From Candidatus Latescibacterota bacterium (GTDB lineage Bacteria; Latescibacterota; UBA2968; UBA8231), in the NCBI GenBank assembly GCA_964291625.2, contig OZ220089.1, forward strand, positions 192,001 to 256,000: a DNA stretch of 64,000 nucleotides, given 5' to 3'. The position numbers were made by a program, and so were the translations under genes. Positions 19,110-30,585 of the stretch are shown here, piece after piece; position 1 is the stretch's first letter, and every line of letters starts with the position of its first letter. The notes below the pieces were generated by a model, which searched no databases, was not told where the DNA came from, and saw only the letters and a program-made list of their open reading frames with translations.

Positions 19110-19937
19110 TCATCTCCTCGAGGGCTCGGGTTGTCCGGACATGGGGCCGACCGCTCGTCGACGGGCCGTGAGCCTCTGGATGAGCGGCCTGAGAAACACC
19201 GACTGCAGCATCGGATCGATCCATCGGTAGACTCGGCCCGACACGTACACGCACTTCCCCCTCTCGACGGCGGCCAATCCCTCCCGCACGACGACATCGG
19301 CGTCGTACCAGATGAACCCGGGAGAGGCGGCCTTCATCTCCTGCATTTCGGCCGCTTCGTGGAACTCCGTGTGCGTGAAGCCCGGGCACAGCGCGCAGAC
19401 GTTGACGCCTTGGGCCTTGCACGTCAGATGCAGCGCTTCCGACAGGGCGACGACATACGCCTTGGTGGGCCCGTAGTTGGTGTCCCGCGCCTGGGCGATG
19501 CGCCCCGCGACGGAGGCGACGTTGATGATGCGGCCGTAGCCGCGTTCGCACATGCCGGGCGCGAACAGATGGCAGAGGTGGGCCATCGACGTCATCATCA
19601 ACTGGAAGAACGACGCATGGGCGCCCCAGTCGCGATCCTCGATCAGTTCCGGCCCGGCGGAGCCGGCGTTGTTGACCAGGTAGTCGACTTCCAGCCCGAG
19701 TCCGGCGACGTGGTCGGCGATCATCCGCGGGGCTCGGATGTCCGCGAGGTCGGCGGCAACGACCTCGACCCGGACACCGTGGCCGTCGCCCAACTCCCGG
19801 GCCAGTTGCTCAAGGCGATCCCGGCGCCGGGCGACGGCAACGATGTCGTGGCCCTGCGCCGCCAGTTGACGTGCGAATTCCGCGCCGAGGCCAGCGGATG
19901 CCCCCGTGACGAGGGCGACGGGTCCGAGCCCGCTCAT
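19110..19937 (-). CDS. Short-chain dehydrogenase/reductase
   Basis: TGASAGLG, NNAG, NVASVAG, YGPTK, LCPGFTHTEF. Confidence 0.9.
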   Translation of the reverse strand: MSGLGPVALVTGASAGLGAEFARQLAAQGHDIVAVARRRDRLEQLARELGDGHGVRVEVVAADLADIRAPRMIADHVAGLGLEVDYLVNNAGSAGPELIEDRDWGAHASFFQLMMTSMAHLCHLFAPGMCERGYGRIINVASVAGRIAQARDTNYGPTKAYVVALSEALHLTCKAQGVNVCALCPGFTHTEFHEAAEMQEMKAASPGFIWYDADVVVREGLAAVERGKCVYVSGRVYRWIDPMLQSVFLRPLIQRLTARRRAVGPMSGQPEPSRR

Positions 19938-20018
19938 GCGATGGTCCGGGCGTAGGGGCGAGCGGTCTCGCCGGAGGTCATGCTGCGCCTCCTGGTGGAC
20001 GGCTTGCCCCGACCGTCC

Positions 20019-20261
20019 TCAGTTGTCGCCGTCCAGGAACCCGCCCACGCGCCCCAGGACCGAGCCCTCGCCCGTGCGCTGGCCGCCCGCGGACGGCGCG
20101 TTCTCGAGGATGCGGTCGGCCAGCCGCGAGAAGGGCAGGCTCTGCAGGTAGACGGTGCCGCTGCCCCGCAGGGTCGCCAGGAAGAGCCCCTCGCCGCCGA
20201 AGAACATCGACTTGAGGCCCTTCGTCATCTCGATCTCGTAGTCGATCTCTTCGCAGCGCAT
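20019..20261 (-). pseudogene. Internally deleted AIM24/TIGR00266-family gene
   Basis: 80 aa: family-like start [10 protein letters not shown] fused directly to C-terminal [36 protein letters not shown]. Confidence 0.7.
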
Positions 20262-20283
20262 CCGTTGCCTTGCTCGTGACGTG

Positions 20284-20985
20284 TCAGAGGGCCACGCGCA
20301 CGACCCATCCCGAGGTGGCGTCGCAGTAGGCGAGGTCCTCCCCTTCCCAGGCGGTCAGGCCGTGGGGCTGGGGCTCCTCGTCGGGCACGTCCACGCGGCC
20401 GAGTTCCTCGCCGCTCTCCACGTCCAGGTGCACGATGGCCCGGCGGCTGGTGTGCACGACCCACACGCCCTGGCCGGTCCGCACCACGCCGTGGGCCCTC
20501 TCGTACGGCAGGGGGATGGCGTGGACCACCCGCCAGTCGGCGATGCGCACCTTGCTCAGGGTCTGCTCGCGCAGGGTGGTGATCCACAGGTGGCCGGGTT
20601 CGACGTGGTCGTACTCGATGCCGTGGACGCCGCCGCCGCCGGGAACCGGCCGGCGCAGCTCGGTACGGCCGCTGGCCGGGTCGACCTTGAGGATCTCGCC
20701 GGCGCCGGGGGTGGCGTCGGTGGGGCGCACCCGGCGCCACAGGGAGCCGTCGCCGTTGGAGGCGATCCACAGGCCCCCCTCCCCCGCCGCCATGCCGCTG
20801 GTGTTGGAGCCGTCCGTGGGGATCTCCCGCGGGCGGAAGGTGACGCCGTAGTCGCCGGGAGGGGCGACCTCCACGAGGGCCAGGCGGTCGGAGATCTGGT
20901 CGGCGATCCACAGCCCGTCGCCGGTACGCTGCAGGGCGTTGGGTACGCCGTAGGGCGCACGGAAGAGCCGCTCGAAGCTGGCCAA
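20284..20985 (-). CDS. Hypothetical beta-propeller protein (Vgb/NHL-like repeats)
   Basis: Repeated PNAL..GLW, SGM..GLW, HGI..HLW, HGV..VW and PHGL motifs. Confidence 0.65.
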   Translation of the reverse strand: MASFERLFRAPYGVPNALQRTGDGLWIADQISDRLALVEVAPPGDYGVTFRPREIPTDGSNTSGMAAGEGGLWIASNGDGSLWRRVRPTDATPGAGEILKVDPASGRTELRRPVPGGGGVHGIEYDHVEPGHLWITTLREQTLSKVRIADWRVVHAIPLPYERAHGVVRTGQGVWVVHTSRRAIVHLDVESGEELGRVDVPDEEPQPHGLTAWEGEDLAYCDATSGWVVRVAL

Positions 20986-21050
20986 GACTCAGCCCGGGAC
21001 CGCTCTCGGGCGGCAGGTCCGGACGCCCCGCCAGTCCCTTGGAGGCGTCA

Positions 21051-21632
21051 TCACCCCGTCCTCACCCGCAGGTTCCGGAACCAGCAGACGCCGCCGTGGT
21101 CCTGCAGGCCGACGTGGCCGAGGCGGGGCATCTCCTTCCAGGCGTAGCGGTACTTGTTCGGCGTGCCGTCGGGGCATCGCCCGGGGGTGCCGTAGTCGTC
21201 GACGTCGACGTCCCAGGCGTGCAGGCCGTTCTGCTCCAGCCGCATGCGCGGACCCCGGCAGGTGAGCAGCATGCGGTTCCACTCGCCGGCCGGCCGGGCC
21301 ACGTCCTGCTCCGGGGCGACCAGGTCGTAGAGGGCCCCCGAGGAGTGCCGGTCCTGCTCCTGGCCCCGGGTGTCGAGGATCTGGATCTCGAGACCCGTGT
21401 TGACCGGGTCCTGCAGGTCCGACCAGCGGAAGAAGACGCCGCTGTTGCACCGCGGCTCGGTGCGGTACTCCAGGGACAGCTCGAAGTCCTCGAACCGGTC
21501 CAGGGTGTAGAGGTAGCCGCCTCTCTCCGCCCGGCAGCGGATGCAGCCGCCGTCCACGTCCCAGCCGGCCGCGTCGCCGGTGGCCGCCCAGCCGCTCAGG
21601 TCGCGGCCGTTGAAGAGCTCTGTCCAGCTCAC
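21051..21632 (-). CDS. DUF1080 / 3-keto-disaccharide hydrolase family protein
   Basis: WTELFNGRDLSGW, FELSLEY, NSGVFFR, EIQILD, GEWN, GHVGLQDHG..FRNLRV; GTG overlaps upstream TGA. Confidence 0.9.
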   Translation of the reverse strand: MSWTELFNGRDLSGWAATGDAAGWDVDGGCIRCRAERGGYLYTLDRFEDFELSLEYRTEPRCNSGVFFRWSDLQDPVNTGLEIQILDTRGQEQDRHSSGALYDLVAPEQDVARPAGEWNRMLLTCRGPRMRLEQNGLHAWDVDVDDYGTPGRCPDGTPNKYRYAWKEMPRLGHVGLQDHGGVCWFRNLRVRTG

Positions 21633-22618
21633 GCGACCTTCACCGGTGCGCCGGTGCGCGCCGACTCCCAGGCCGCCTCGGTCAGCTCGATCACCCGCAG
21701 GCCGCACTCGGGCGGCACTTGCACCTCGTCGCGGCCGAGGATGGCGTCGAAGAAGTTGCGGTCCGGGGACCCCGCTCCCGGCAGGCCGGTCGGCTCCCAG
21801 GCGTCGCCGTGGCCGGCCCTCTTCCAGGTCAGCCTGCCGTTGCGGATGTACACGGCGGCCTTCGAGCCCCAGATCGTGATGTCTTCCCAGATGCCGCCGG
21901 TTGGGGCGTTGCCGACGATCGACAGGTTGCCCAAGGCCCCGCCCCGGAAGCGGAGGGTCATGGCCGAGTTGATGTCCACCTCGGTGTCGAAGTTGTCCAT
22001 CCACGCCTGCACCTCCTCGACGGCGAGCCCGGTCATCCAGAGAACGACGTCGAGGAGGTGACTGCCCGAGTCGTTGAGCTGGCCGCCGCCCGACAGGGCC
22101 GGGTCCTGGCGCCACTGGCCCTGCTGGGCGCGGTACCAGCCCTGGTCCTGCAGGGCGGAGATGAACTGGACCTCGCCGAGGTCGCCGGCGCGGATCTGGT
22201 TGCGCACGAAGCGGTACACGGGCTCCAGGTGACGCTGGTAGGAGACCATCAGGACGCGCTCTGCCTCCCGGGCCCGGCGGATCACCCGGTGGGCGTGGTC
22301 GACGGTGCAGACCATCGGCTTCTCGGTGAGCACGTGGCAGCCCTTGTCGAGGCTGTCCATGATCTGCTGGAAGTGCAGCGTGTGGGGCGTGGAGATCTCG
22401 ACGGCGTCGAGCTCGACCGCGGCGAGCATCTCGCGGTGGTCGCCGAAAGTCCTGACGTGTCGGGCCCCCTCGTTGCGCTCCAGGGCCCGGTCGAGGCTGC
22501 CCTGGCTGGGGTCGCAGAGGGCCGCCACCTCGGCCTCGGGGATCTGCAGCACCTGTCCAATGTGCCCCGAGGCATTGCCGCCGCAGCCGATGAATCCGAC
22601 CCGGATCCGTCCCGCCAT
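21629..22618 (-). CDS. Gfo/Idh/MocA family oxidoreductase
   Basis: VGFIGCGG, ISTPHTLH, HVLTEKP, GGGQLNDSGSHLLD. Confidence 0.92.
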   Translation of the reverse strand: MAGRIRVGFIGCGGNASGHIGQVLQIPEAEVAALCDPSQGSLDRALERNEGARHVRTFGDHREMLAAVELDAVEISTPHTLHFQQIMDSLDKGCHVLTEKPMVCTVDHAHRVIRRAREAERVLMVSYQRHLEPVYRFVRNQIRAGDLGEVQFISALQDQGWYRAQQGQWRQDPALSGGGQLNDSGSHLLDVVLWMTGLAVEEVQAWMDNFDTEVDINSAMTLRFRGGALGNLSIVGNAPTGGIWEDITIWGSKAAVYIRNGRLTWKRAGHGDAWEPTGLPGAGSPDRNFFDAILGRDEVQVPPECGLRVIELTEAAWESARTGAPVKVA

Positions 22619-22670
22619 GGTCCGCTTCCTTTCAGCCCGGCCACCGACGCGGCGGCCTTTGGCGGGCGCC

Positions 22671-22699
22671 AATATACCCGGGGCCCCGCGCTCTCTCAA
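22671..22699 (-). promoter_or_regulatory. Putative sigma70 promoter for the Gfo-DUF1080 operon
   Basis: Minus strand TTGAGA-17 nt-TATATT. Confidence 0.6.
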
Positions 22700-22709
22700 C
22701 CGGCCGGAG

Positions 22710-24704
<1,995 letters not shown>

Positions 24705-27491
24705 TCAAACCCCCGGGAACTCGGGAAAGGCCCTCTGCAGGACCTGTCCGGTGTGCGAGTGCGGACAGGCGGCGACCTCCGTCGGGGTGCCCGTCACCAC
24801 CACCCGGCCGCCGTCGCCTCCGGCCCCCGGACCGAGATCGACGACGTGGTCCGAGGCGGCGATGACGTACGGGTCGTGCTCGACGACGAGGACCGTGTCG
24901 CCGCGGTCGACCAGGCGCTGGAGCAGCTCCACGAGAAGGGCCGTGTCGCAGCGGTGCAGCCCCGAGGTCGGCTCGTCCAGCAGGTAGAGGGTGCGCTCCA
25001 CCGCCGGCCGGCCGAGCTCGGCGGAGAGCTTCACCCGCTGCGCTTCGCCGCCGCTGAGCCGGCCCGCCGCCTGACCGAGGCGGAGGTACCCCAGGCCGAG
25101 GTCGGCCAGCAGATCCAGGCGCCGGGCGGCCTCGGGCACGTTGGCGAACCGGAGCCGCGCCTCGGCGACGCTCGACTCCAGCACCTCGGCGATGGACAGC
25201 CCGCCGAAGCGCACCTCCAGCACCTCCCGCCGGTAGCGGGTGCCCGCGCACCGGCCGCAGGGGAGGGGCAGGTCCTCGAGATCCACCGCCGCCTCCGGCT
25301 CGCGGCCGGTGCCGGCGCAACGGCTGCAGGCGCCGCCGCTGTTGAAGCTGAAGTCACCCGGACGGTAGCCGCGCAGCCGCGCCTCCGGCGACTGGGCGAA
25401 GAGCTCCCGCAGAACGGCCATGAGGCCGGTGCAGGTGGCCGCGTTGGAGCGCCCCGTGCGGCCGATGGGAGACTGGTCGACGGCGACCACCCGTTGCAGG
25501 GCCTCGGACCCACGCAGCCCGTCGAAGGGCAGAGGCCGGCGTCCAGCCCCCTGCAGGCGGGCGGCCAGGGCCGGGTGCAGGGTGTGATGGACGAGGCTGC
25601 TCTTGCCCGAGCCCGAGACGCCGGTGACCCCCACCAGGCAGCCGAGGGGAAGGCGGAGATCAGCACCCTGCAGGTTGTGGCCCCGGGCGCCGAGGAGCTC
25701 GAGCCAGCCGCCGGCGGCGGCGGAGCGTCCGCGGCGGGCGGGCAGGTCTCCGGCAAGGGCCCGTCCGGTGGGGGTGCCGGCCGCCCGTACCTCCCGGGGC
25801 GGACCCTGGTAGAGGAGGCGCCCGCCTTCGTCGCCGGCTCCAGGTCCGAGCTCCACGAGCAGGTCCGCGTCTGCGATCAGGTCGAGGTCGTGCTCGACGA
25901 CGAGGACGGAGTTGCCCCCGTCCCGCAGTCGTTCGAGGGCGGCCGACAGGCGCCGGGTGTCGCGTCCGTGGAGGCCGGCGCCGGGCTCGTCGAGAACGTA
26001 GAGGACCTGGGAGAGGCCCGACCCGAGAGCGGCCACGAGCTGCAGCCGCTGCAGCTCCCCCGCCGACAGGGTCGGCGCCCTCCGGTCCAGGGTGAGGTAC
26101 CCGAGCCCGAGGTCGATCATCACCTCCACGCCGCGGCGGACGACGTCCAGGATGTGGTCGGCCAGGGCCTGCTGTCCGGGAGGGACGGCGACCCCGTCGA
26201 GCCACTCGGCGGCCTCGAAGAGGGTGCGCCCCTGCAGATCGCCGAGGCTCGCGCCGTCGATGCGGACGGCGCGGGACGGAGCCGACAGACGGGTGCCCCC
26301 GCACCCGGGGCACGGAGAGCCGGCCCCGTCCCCCTGAAGCTCCTCCAGCCAGGCCCGCTCGGCGGCGTCGTCGACGACCGCGGCTCTGGCGTCGAGCCAG
26401 CGGCGCAGACCGGTGAACGGGTTCCCGCGGGCCCTGGGGCCCTCGCCCTCCCACAGGGCTTGCACGGCCCCTTCCGGCCACTCCGACAGAGGCTCCGACG
26501 GGTCGACCCCGGCGCGCCGGCAGAACGCCTCCACCTCGCGCCGCAGCCGGCGATGCCCGAAACGCTCCCACAGTACCGCCAGCGACGCCGCCGGTGGCTC
26601 GCCGGCCGACAGCAGACGCTCGAAGGAGCTGCCCGCCGACAGCCCGGAGCCGCGGCAGTCCGGGCAGGCGCCGTCCGGGCTGTTGAAACTGAACAGGGCG
26701 GCGGAGATCTCCGGAAAGGAGGCGCCGCAGGCGGCGCAGGCCGGCCGCACGCTGTAGCGCTCCTCGGCGCCGGTGGCGGGATCGAGGAGACCGAGGCGCC
26801 CCTGGCCGATCTGTACCGCCGCCTGCAGGGAGCCGCGCAGCCGGCGCCGCACCCCGTCCCTGACGGCGATGCGGTCGACGACGACCTCCGGGGACCGGCC
26901 GACGAGGCGGGAGGCCTCCACCTCTTCCAGGACCAGGGTCTCGGTTCCGCAGCGGATCCGCCGGTAGCCGCCGCGCTCGACCTCCGCGATCAGCTCCCGG
27001 GCGCCGGCCTCCGTGGCCGGCGGCTCCAGGGGAGCCGTCACCACCAGTCGGCTGCCCTCGGGCCGCCCCGAGGCGCGCTCGAGGATCTCGTCGAAGGGGT
27101 GGGCGGCCACCGGCTCCCCGCAGTCCAGGCAGTGGGCCCGGCCCACCCGGGCCCACAGCAGCCGCAGGTAGTCGGACAGTCCCGTGATCGTCGCCGTCGT
27201 CGAGCGCGACGACGGGCGGCTGCGCGCCTGGGCGATGGCCAGGGCCGGTCGCAGCCCGTCGATGCGCTGCACCCGCGGCGGCTGCAGGCGCCGGGCGAAG
27301 GCGGCGGCGGGCCCCTCCGCGGTCAGCAGGAACCGCCGCCGGGCCTCGGCGTAGAGGGTGTCGAAGGCGAGGCTCGACTTGCCCGATCCGGAGACTCCGG
27401 TGAGGGCGATGAGCCGGCCGTGGGGAAGGTCCAGGTCCAGGGACCGCAGGTTGTGCTCGCGGGCGCCGCGGATCTCCAGGTGGTCCTTCAC
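24705..27491 (-). CDS. uvrA: Divergent UvrA-family ABC ATPase
   Basis: GAREHNL, two GVSGSGKSSL Walker A, FSFNSPDGAC, LDEP, VDQSPIGRT, LSGGEAQRVKL; GTG 27491 overlaps upstream TGA. Confidence 0.85.
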   Translation of the reverse strand: MKDHLEIRGAREHNLRSLDLDLPHGRLIALTGVSGSGKSSLAFDTLYAEARRRFLLTAEGPAAAFARRLQPPRVQRIDGLRPALAIAQARSRPSSRSTTATITGLSDYLRLLWARVGRAHCLDCGEPVAAHPFDEILERASGRPEGSRLVVTAPLEPPATEAGARELIAEVERGGYRRIRCGTETLVLEEVEASRLVGRSPEVVVDRIAVRDGVRRRLRGSLQAAVQIGQGRLGLLDPATGAEERYSVRPACAACGASFPEISAALFSFNSPDGACPDCRGSGLSAGSSFERLLSAGEPPAASLAVLWERFGHRRLRREVEAFCRRAGVDPSEPLSEWPEGAVQALWEGEGPRARGNPFTGLRRWLDARAAVVDDAAERAWLEELQGDGAGSPCPGCGGTRLSAPSRAVRIDGASLGDLQGRTLFEAAEWLDGVAVPPGQQALADHILDVVRRGVEVMIDLGLGYLTLDRRAPTLSAGELQRLQLVAALGSGLSQVLYVLDEPGAGLHGRDTRRLSAALERLRDGGNSVLVVEHDLDLIADADLLVELGPGAGDEGGRLLYQGPPREVRAAGTPTGRALAGDLPARRGRSAAAGGWLELLGARGHNLQGADLRLPLGCLVGVTGVSGSGKSSLVHHTLHPALAARLQGAGRRPLPFDGLRGSEALQRVVAVDQSPIGRTGRSNAATCTGLMAVLRELFAQSPEARLRGYRPGDFSFNSGGACSRCAGTGREPEAAVDLEDLPLPCGRCAGTRYRREVLEVRFGGLSIAEVLESSVAEARLRFANVPEAARRLDLLADLGLGYLRLGQAAGRLSGGEAQRVKLSAELGRPAVERTLYLLDEPTSGLHRCDTALLVELLQRLVDRGDTVLVVEHDPYVIAASDHVVDLGPGAGGDGGRVVVTGTPTEVAACPHSHTGQVLQRAFPEFPGV

Positions 27492-28210
27492 CGGGACGCG
27501 TCCCGCGGCCGCTCCCGGGCCAGCTCCCGCGAAGCGCGTTCGTGGTCCTCCAGCGAGTCGATCTCGAACCACGGGAGATCGCCGGTCTCCACGGCGCGCA
27601 GGCTTCCCGACCGGATCAGGGGTCCGTACGCGGCGGTGGGGTAGACCGCTCCCTCGCCTCCTCCCACCAGCCGTCCGACCTCGCTCCGAACCATCGCCGA
27701 CCCGGCCTCGTCGAACCGGACCAGCTGCACGCTCACCGCGTGGGCGGCGGCCGGGTCCAGGTGCTTGCCGATCTCCGTCACCCGGCCCGAGCCGTCGATC
27801 CGCAGGTTCATCTCCCCTTCCTCCCTGGCCGCACGGGAGTCGACGGCGATGGCGCTGCCCGGTCCCTCCCCCAGGCGCTCGAGGACGGTCCGGTCGAAGA
27901 GGATATCGCAGTTGAACAGGAAGGCGTCGCCCTCCAGGCAGGCGAGGGCGTGGTGGAGGGACTCGATGCTGTTCGTCGTCCGCCAGGCCTCGTTGACCAG
28001 GCAACGGGCCCGGCTCCCGAGATGGCGGCGGACCTGCCCGGCCTCGTAGCCGGTGACGACGACGACTTCGCGCACCCCCACGCCCGCCAGCGCCTCGAGC
28101 TGGCGGTCGATGAGGGCCCGGCCGGCCACCGGCACCAGGCACTTCGGCCGGCCCTCGGTGAGCGGGCGGAGCCGGGTGCCGGCCCCGGCGGCGAGGATGA
28201 TGGCGCGCAG
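27488..28210 (-). CDS. Nucleotidyltransferase (LicC/IPCT-like phosphoalcohol cytidylyltransferase)
   Basis: AIILAAGAGTRLRPLT..PKCL, VVTGY, NSIESL, FNCDI, WFEIDSLED; start uncertain (CTG 28210). Confidence 0.85.
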   Translation of the reverse strand: MRAIILAAGAGTRLRPLTEGRPKCLVPVAGRALIDRQLEALAGVGVREVVVVTGYEAGQVRRHLGSRARCLVNEAWRTTNSIESLHHALACLEGDAFLFNCDILFDRTVLERLGEGPGSAIAVDSRAAREEGEMNLRIDGSGRVTEIGKHLDPAAAHAVSVQLVRFDEAGSAMVRSEVGRLVGGGEGAVYPTAAYGPLIRSGSLRAVETGDLPWFEIDSLEDHERASRELARERPRDASR

Positions 28211-28456
28211 GGGGAATCTCCGTGCCGGAGGATGGGGGCCGGGATACGGCCCGCGGGCTGAAACCTCAATATACGGTGGTCTCGGCGAGGGCCGGGCAGG
28301 AGCCCGCCCGAAGACTCCATGTCGTTGGCCCGGAGGCAGGTCTATGGCTACATTCGATCGCGGTCCCTGCCTGCGGTCCCGCAGCCTCCGGAGGCGCCTC
28401 CGTTTGTCCATGCCCGGACGCCCCGTCGTCTCCGTTCGCCCAGCACGCCGAAACCC

Positions 28457-29221
28457 TTGAACGCACTGATCCTGGCCGCCGGCCGCGGCCGCCGCCTTCT
28501 GCCGTACACCTCGGAGCGGCCCAAGTGCCTCCTGCAGGTGGGGCCGTGCACGATCCTCGAGCACCAGCTCCAGCGCCTCTCGGCGGCGGGGGTGGAACGG
28601 GTGACCATCGTCGCCGGCTTCGGAGCCGAGGCGGTGCGCCGCCGGGCCCAGGCCTGCGGCTCCCCCCACGTGCGGGTGGTCTACAACCCCTTCTTCGCCA
28701 TCTCCGACAACCTGGTCAGCCTGTGGTCGGCGCGCTCCGAGATCGGCGAGGACACGCTGCTGCTCAACGGCGACAACGTCTTCCATCCCGCCGTCCTGAA
28801 GCCCCTGCTCGACGCCGACCCCGGGCCCTGCACCCTCCTCGTGCACCGGAAGTCCGCCTACGACGAGGACGACATGAAGGTGGCGCTCCGCGGCGGCCGC
28901 CTGGCCGGGATCGGAAAGGGCCTCCTGGCGGCGCAGGCGCAGGCCGAGTCGATCGGCATCATGCGCATTGCCGGCGACGGCGGCCGGCTGCTGCGCCGGG
29001 TCCTCGAGGAGGCGGTGGAGGACGCTGACGCCCTGCACGGCTTCTACCTCGACGGCGTGCGGCGCATGGCAGAGGCCGGATGCCGCGTCCGCTGTGTCGA
29101 CATCGGCAGCCTGCCATGGTCGGACGTCGACACCGCCGATGACCTGCTCGAGGTGCGCCTCCACCTCGAGGCGTACGAGGCCGGCGCCCCGGAGGCCGCG
29201 GCGCTGCGGGAGCCGGCATGA
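28457..29221 (+). CDS. Nucleotidyltransferase (LicC/IPCT-like phosphoalcohol cytidylyltransferase)
   Basis: ALILAAGRGRRL..PKCLL, YNPFFAISDNLVSL, LNGD, DEDDMKV, ESIG, WSDVDTADDL; TTG start 28457 inferred. Confidence 0.87.
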   Translation: MNALILAAGRGRRLLPYTSERPKCLLQVGPCTILEHQLQRLSAAGVERVTIVAGFGAEAVRRRAQACGSPHVRVVYNPFFAISDNLVSLWSARSEIGEDTLLLNGDNVFHPAVLKPLLDADPGPCTLLVHRKSAYDEDDMKVALRGGRLAGIGKGLLAAQAQAESIGIMRIAGDGGRLLRRVLEEAVEDADALHGFYLDGVRRMAEAGCRVRCVDIGSLPWSDVDTADDLLEVRLHLEAYEAGAPEAAALREPA

Positions 29222-30585
29222 CCGCAGGACTGCTGCTGTTCGAGGACAGCCCCCGCGGCTCCTGGACCGCGGGGTGCCGCTTCGGCGGGCTGACAACCCT
29301 CGAGCGCGGTATCCTGACCATGGCCCGGGCCGGTGTGGACCGCCTCCTCGTGGCCGTGCCCCCGGGGCTCTCCGCTGCCGGCCGGCGGGTCCGCCGGCTC
29401 GATATCGACCTGGAGATCGCCGGCTGGGGGGATTCCCCGCGCACCACCTTCGGCCCCTCGGAAGAGGTGCTGATCCTGCTGGGGGACCACGTCCACCACC
29501 ACTCCTCCCTCACGGCCCTGGTCGAGTCCGGCGCCTCGGGCGACGGGCTGGTGGTGCAGGTCTCGCCCGCCCCCGGCCAGGAGGGGCTCTCCTTCCTCCC
29601 CCCTGGCGTCGCCACCGGCGGCGGCGACCCCGGGATGGTCGGCACGGGAGCGCTGCTCTGCGACGGCTCCCTGCAGCCGCATCAGCTCGTCGGCCGCGGC
29701 GGGTCCGCCCTCGAGTTCCTCCGGGGCCGGGCCGCCGGCCGCGGGGTGCGCACCACCGAGGGCGACCCGTCCCTGTGGCGCCGCGTCGAGGACCGCCGCG
29801 GCGCCCGGCAGGCCAAGGCCATGCTCTTCGGGCAGGTGACCAAGAAGACCAGCGGCCCGGTCTCTCGCCACCTCAACGCCCGGCTGTCGATCCCCATCAG
29901 CAAGGTGCTGGTCGAGACCGGCCTGTCGCCGCACCTGGTGACGGTCCTCCTGGTGCTGACCACCGGTCTCGCCGCCGCCTGGCTGATCTCGGATCCGGAG
30001 CCCTACTGGCGGCTGGCCCTGGCCGGGTTCCTGTGGCAGATGGCGGCCGTCCTCGACCGCTGCGACGGGGAGATCGCCCGGGTCAAGCTGTGCGAGTCCA
30101 GATTCGGCGCCTGGTTCGACACGGTGACCGACAACCTGGCCTACGTCGCCGCCTACGCCGCCTTCCTCAAGGCCGCCCACGGGCTGCACCCCGGGCAGCC
30201 CCTCTACCTCTACGCCGGCCTGTCGGCGGTGGCCGCCATGTTCCTCAGCCTCGGGATCATGTACCACTACGCCCTGCGCACCGGGTCGGGATCGCTGCAG
30301 AACTACATCGTCGGCTTCGCGCGCCACGTGCCGCGGGAGGAGAAGGGCGCCCTCTACCGCGCCCTCGAGCGCTACGCCTTCCTGGCGAAGCGCGACTCCT
30401 TCGCCTTCGTGCACTTCGTCTTCGCCCTCCTCGGCGCCTTCGATCTGATCTACCTGTTCACGGTGGGAGGTCTGCACCTGTTCGCCATCGGCGTGCTGCT
30501 GTCGCAGGGCAAGATGCTCGCCGCCCACCGGCGCCGCTCCGAGGCGGCGGCGGAAGGCCCGCCGCCCGAGGTCGGCGGTCGGTGA
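29218..30585 (+). CDS. CDP-alcohol phosphatidyltransferase with degenerate N-terminal NTP-transferase-like domain
   Basis: DRCDGEIAR....SRFGAWFDTVTD signature; GPVSRHLNARLS; N-terminal GGLTTLER; multiple TM helices. Confidence 0.88.
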   Translation: MTAGLLLFEDSPRGSWTAGCRFGGLTTLERGILTMARAGVDRLLVAVPPGLSAAGRRVRRLDIDLEIAGWGDSPRTTFGPSEEVLILLGDHVHHHSSLTALVESGASGDGLVVQVSPAPGQEGLSFLPPGVATGGGDPGMVGTGALLCDGSLQPHQLVGRGGSALEFLRGRAAGRGVRTTEGDPSLWRRVEDRRGARQAKAMLFGQVTKKTSGPVSRHLNARLSIPISKVLVETGLSPHLVTVLLVLTTGLAAAWLISDPEPYWRLALAGFLWQMAAVLDRCDGEIARVKLCESRFGAWFDTVTDNLAYVAAYAAFLKAAHGLHPGQPLYLYAGLSAVAAMFLSLGIMYHYALRTGSGSLQNYIVGFARHVPREEKGALYRALERYAFLAKRDSFAFVHFVFALLGAFDLIYLFTVGGLHLFAIGVLLSQGKMLAAHRRRSEAAAEGPPPEVGGR

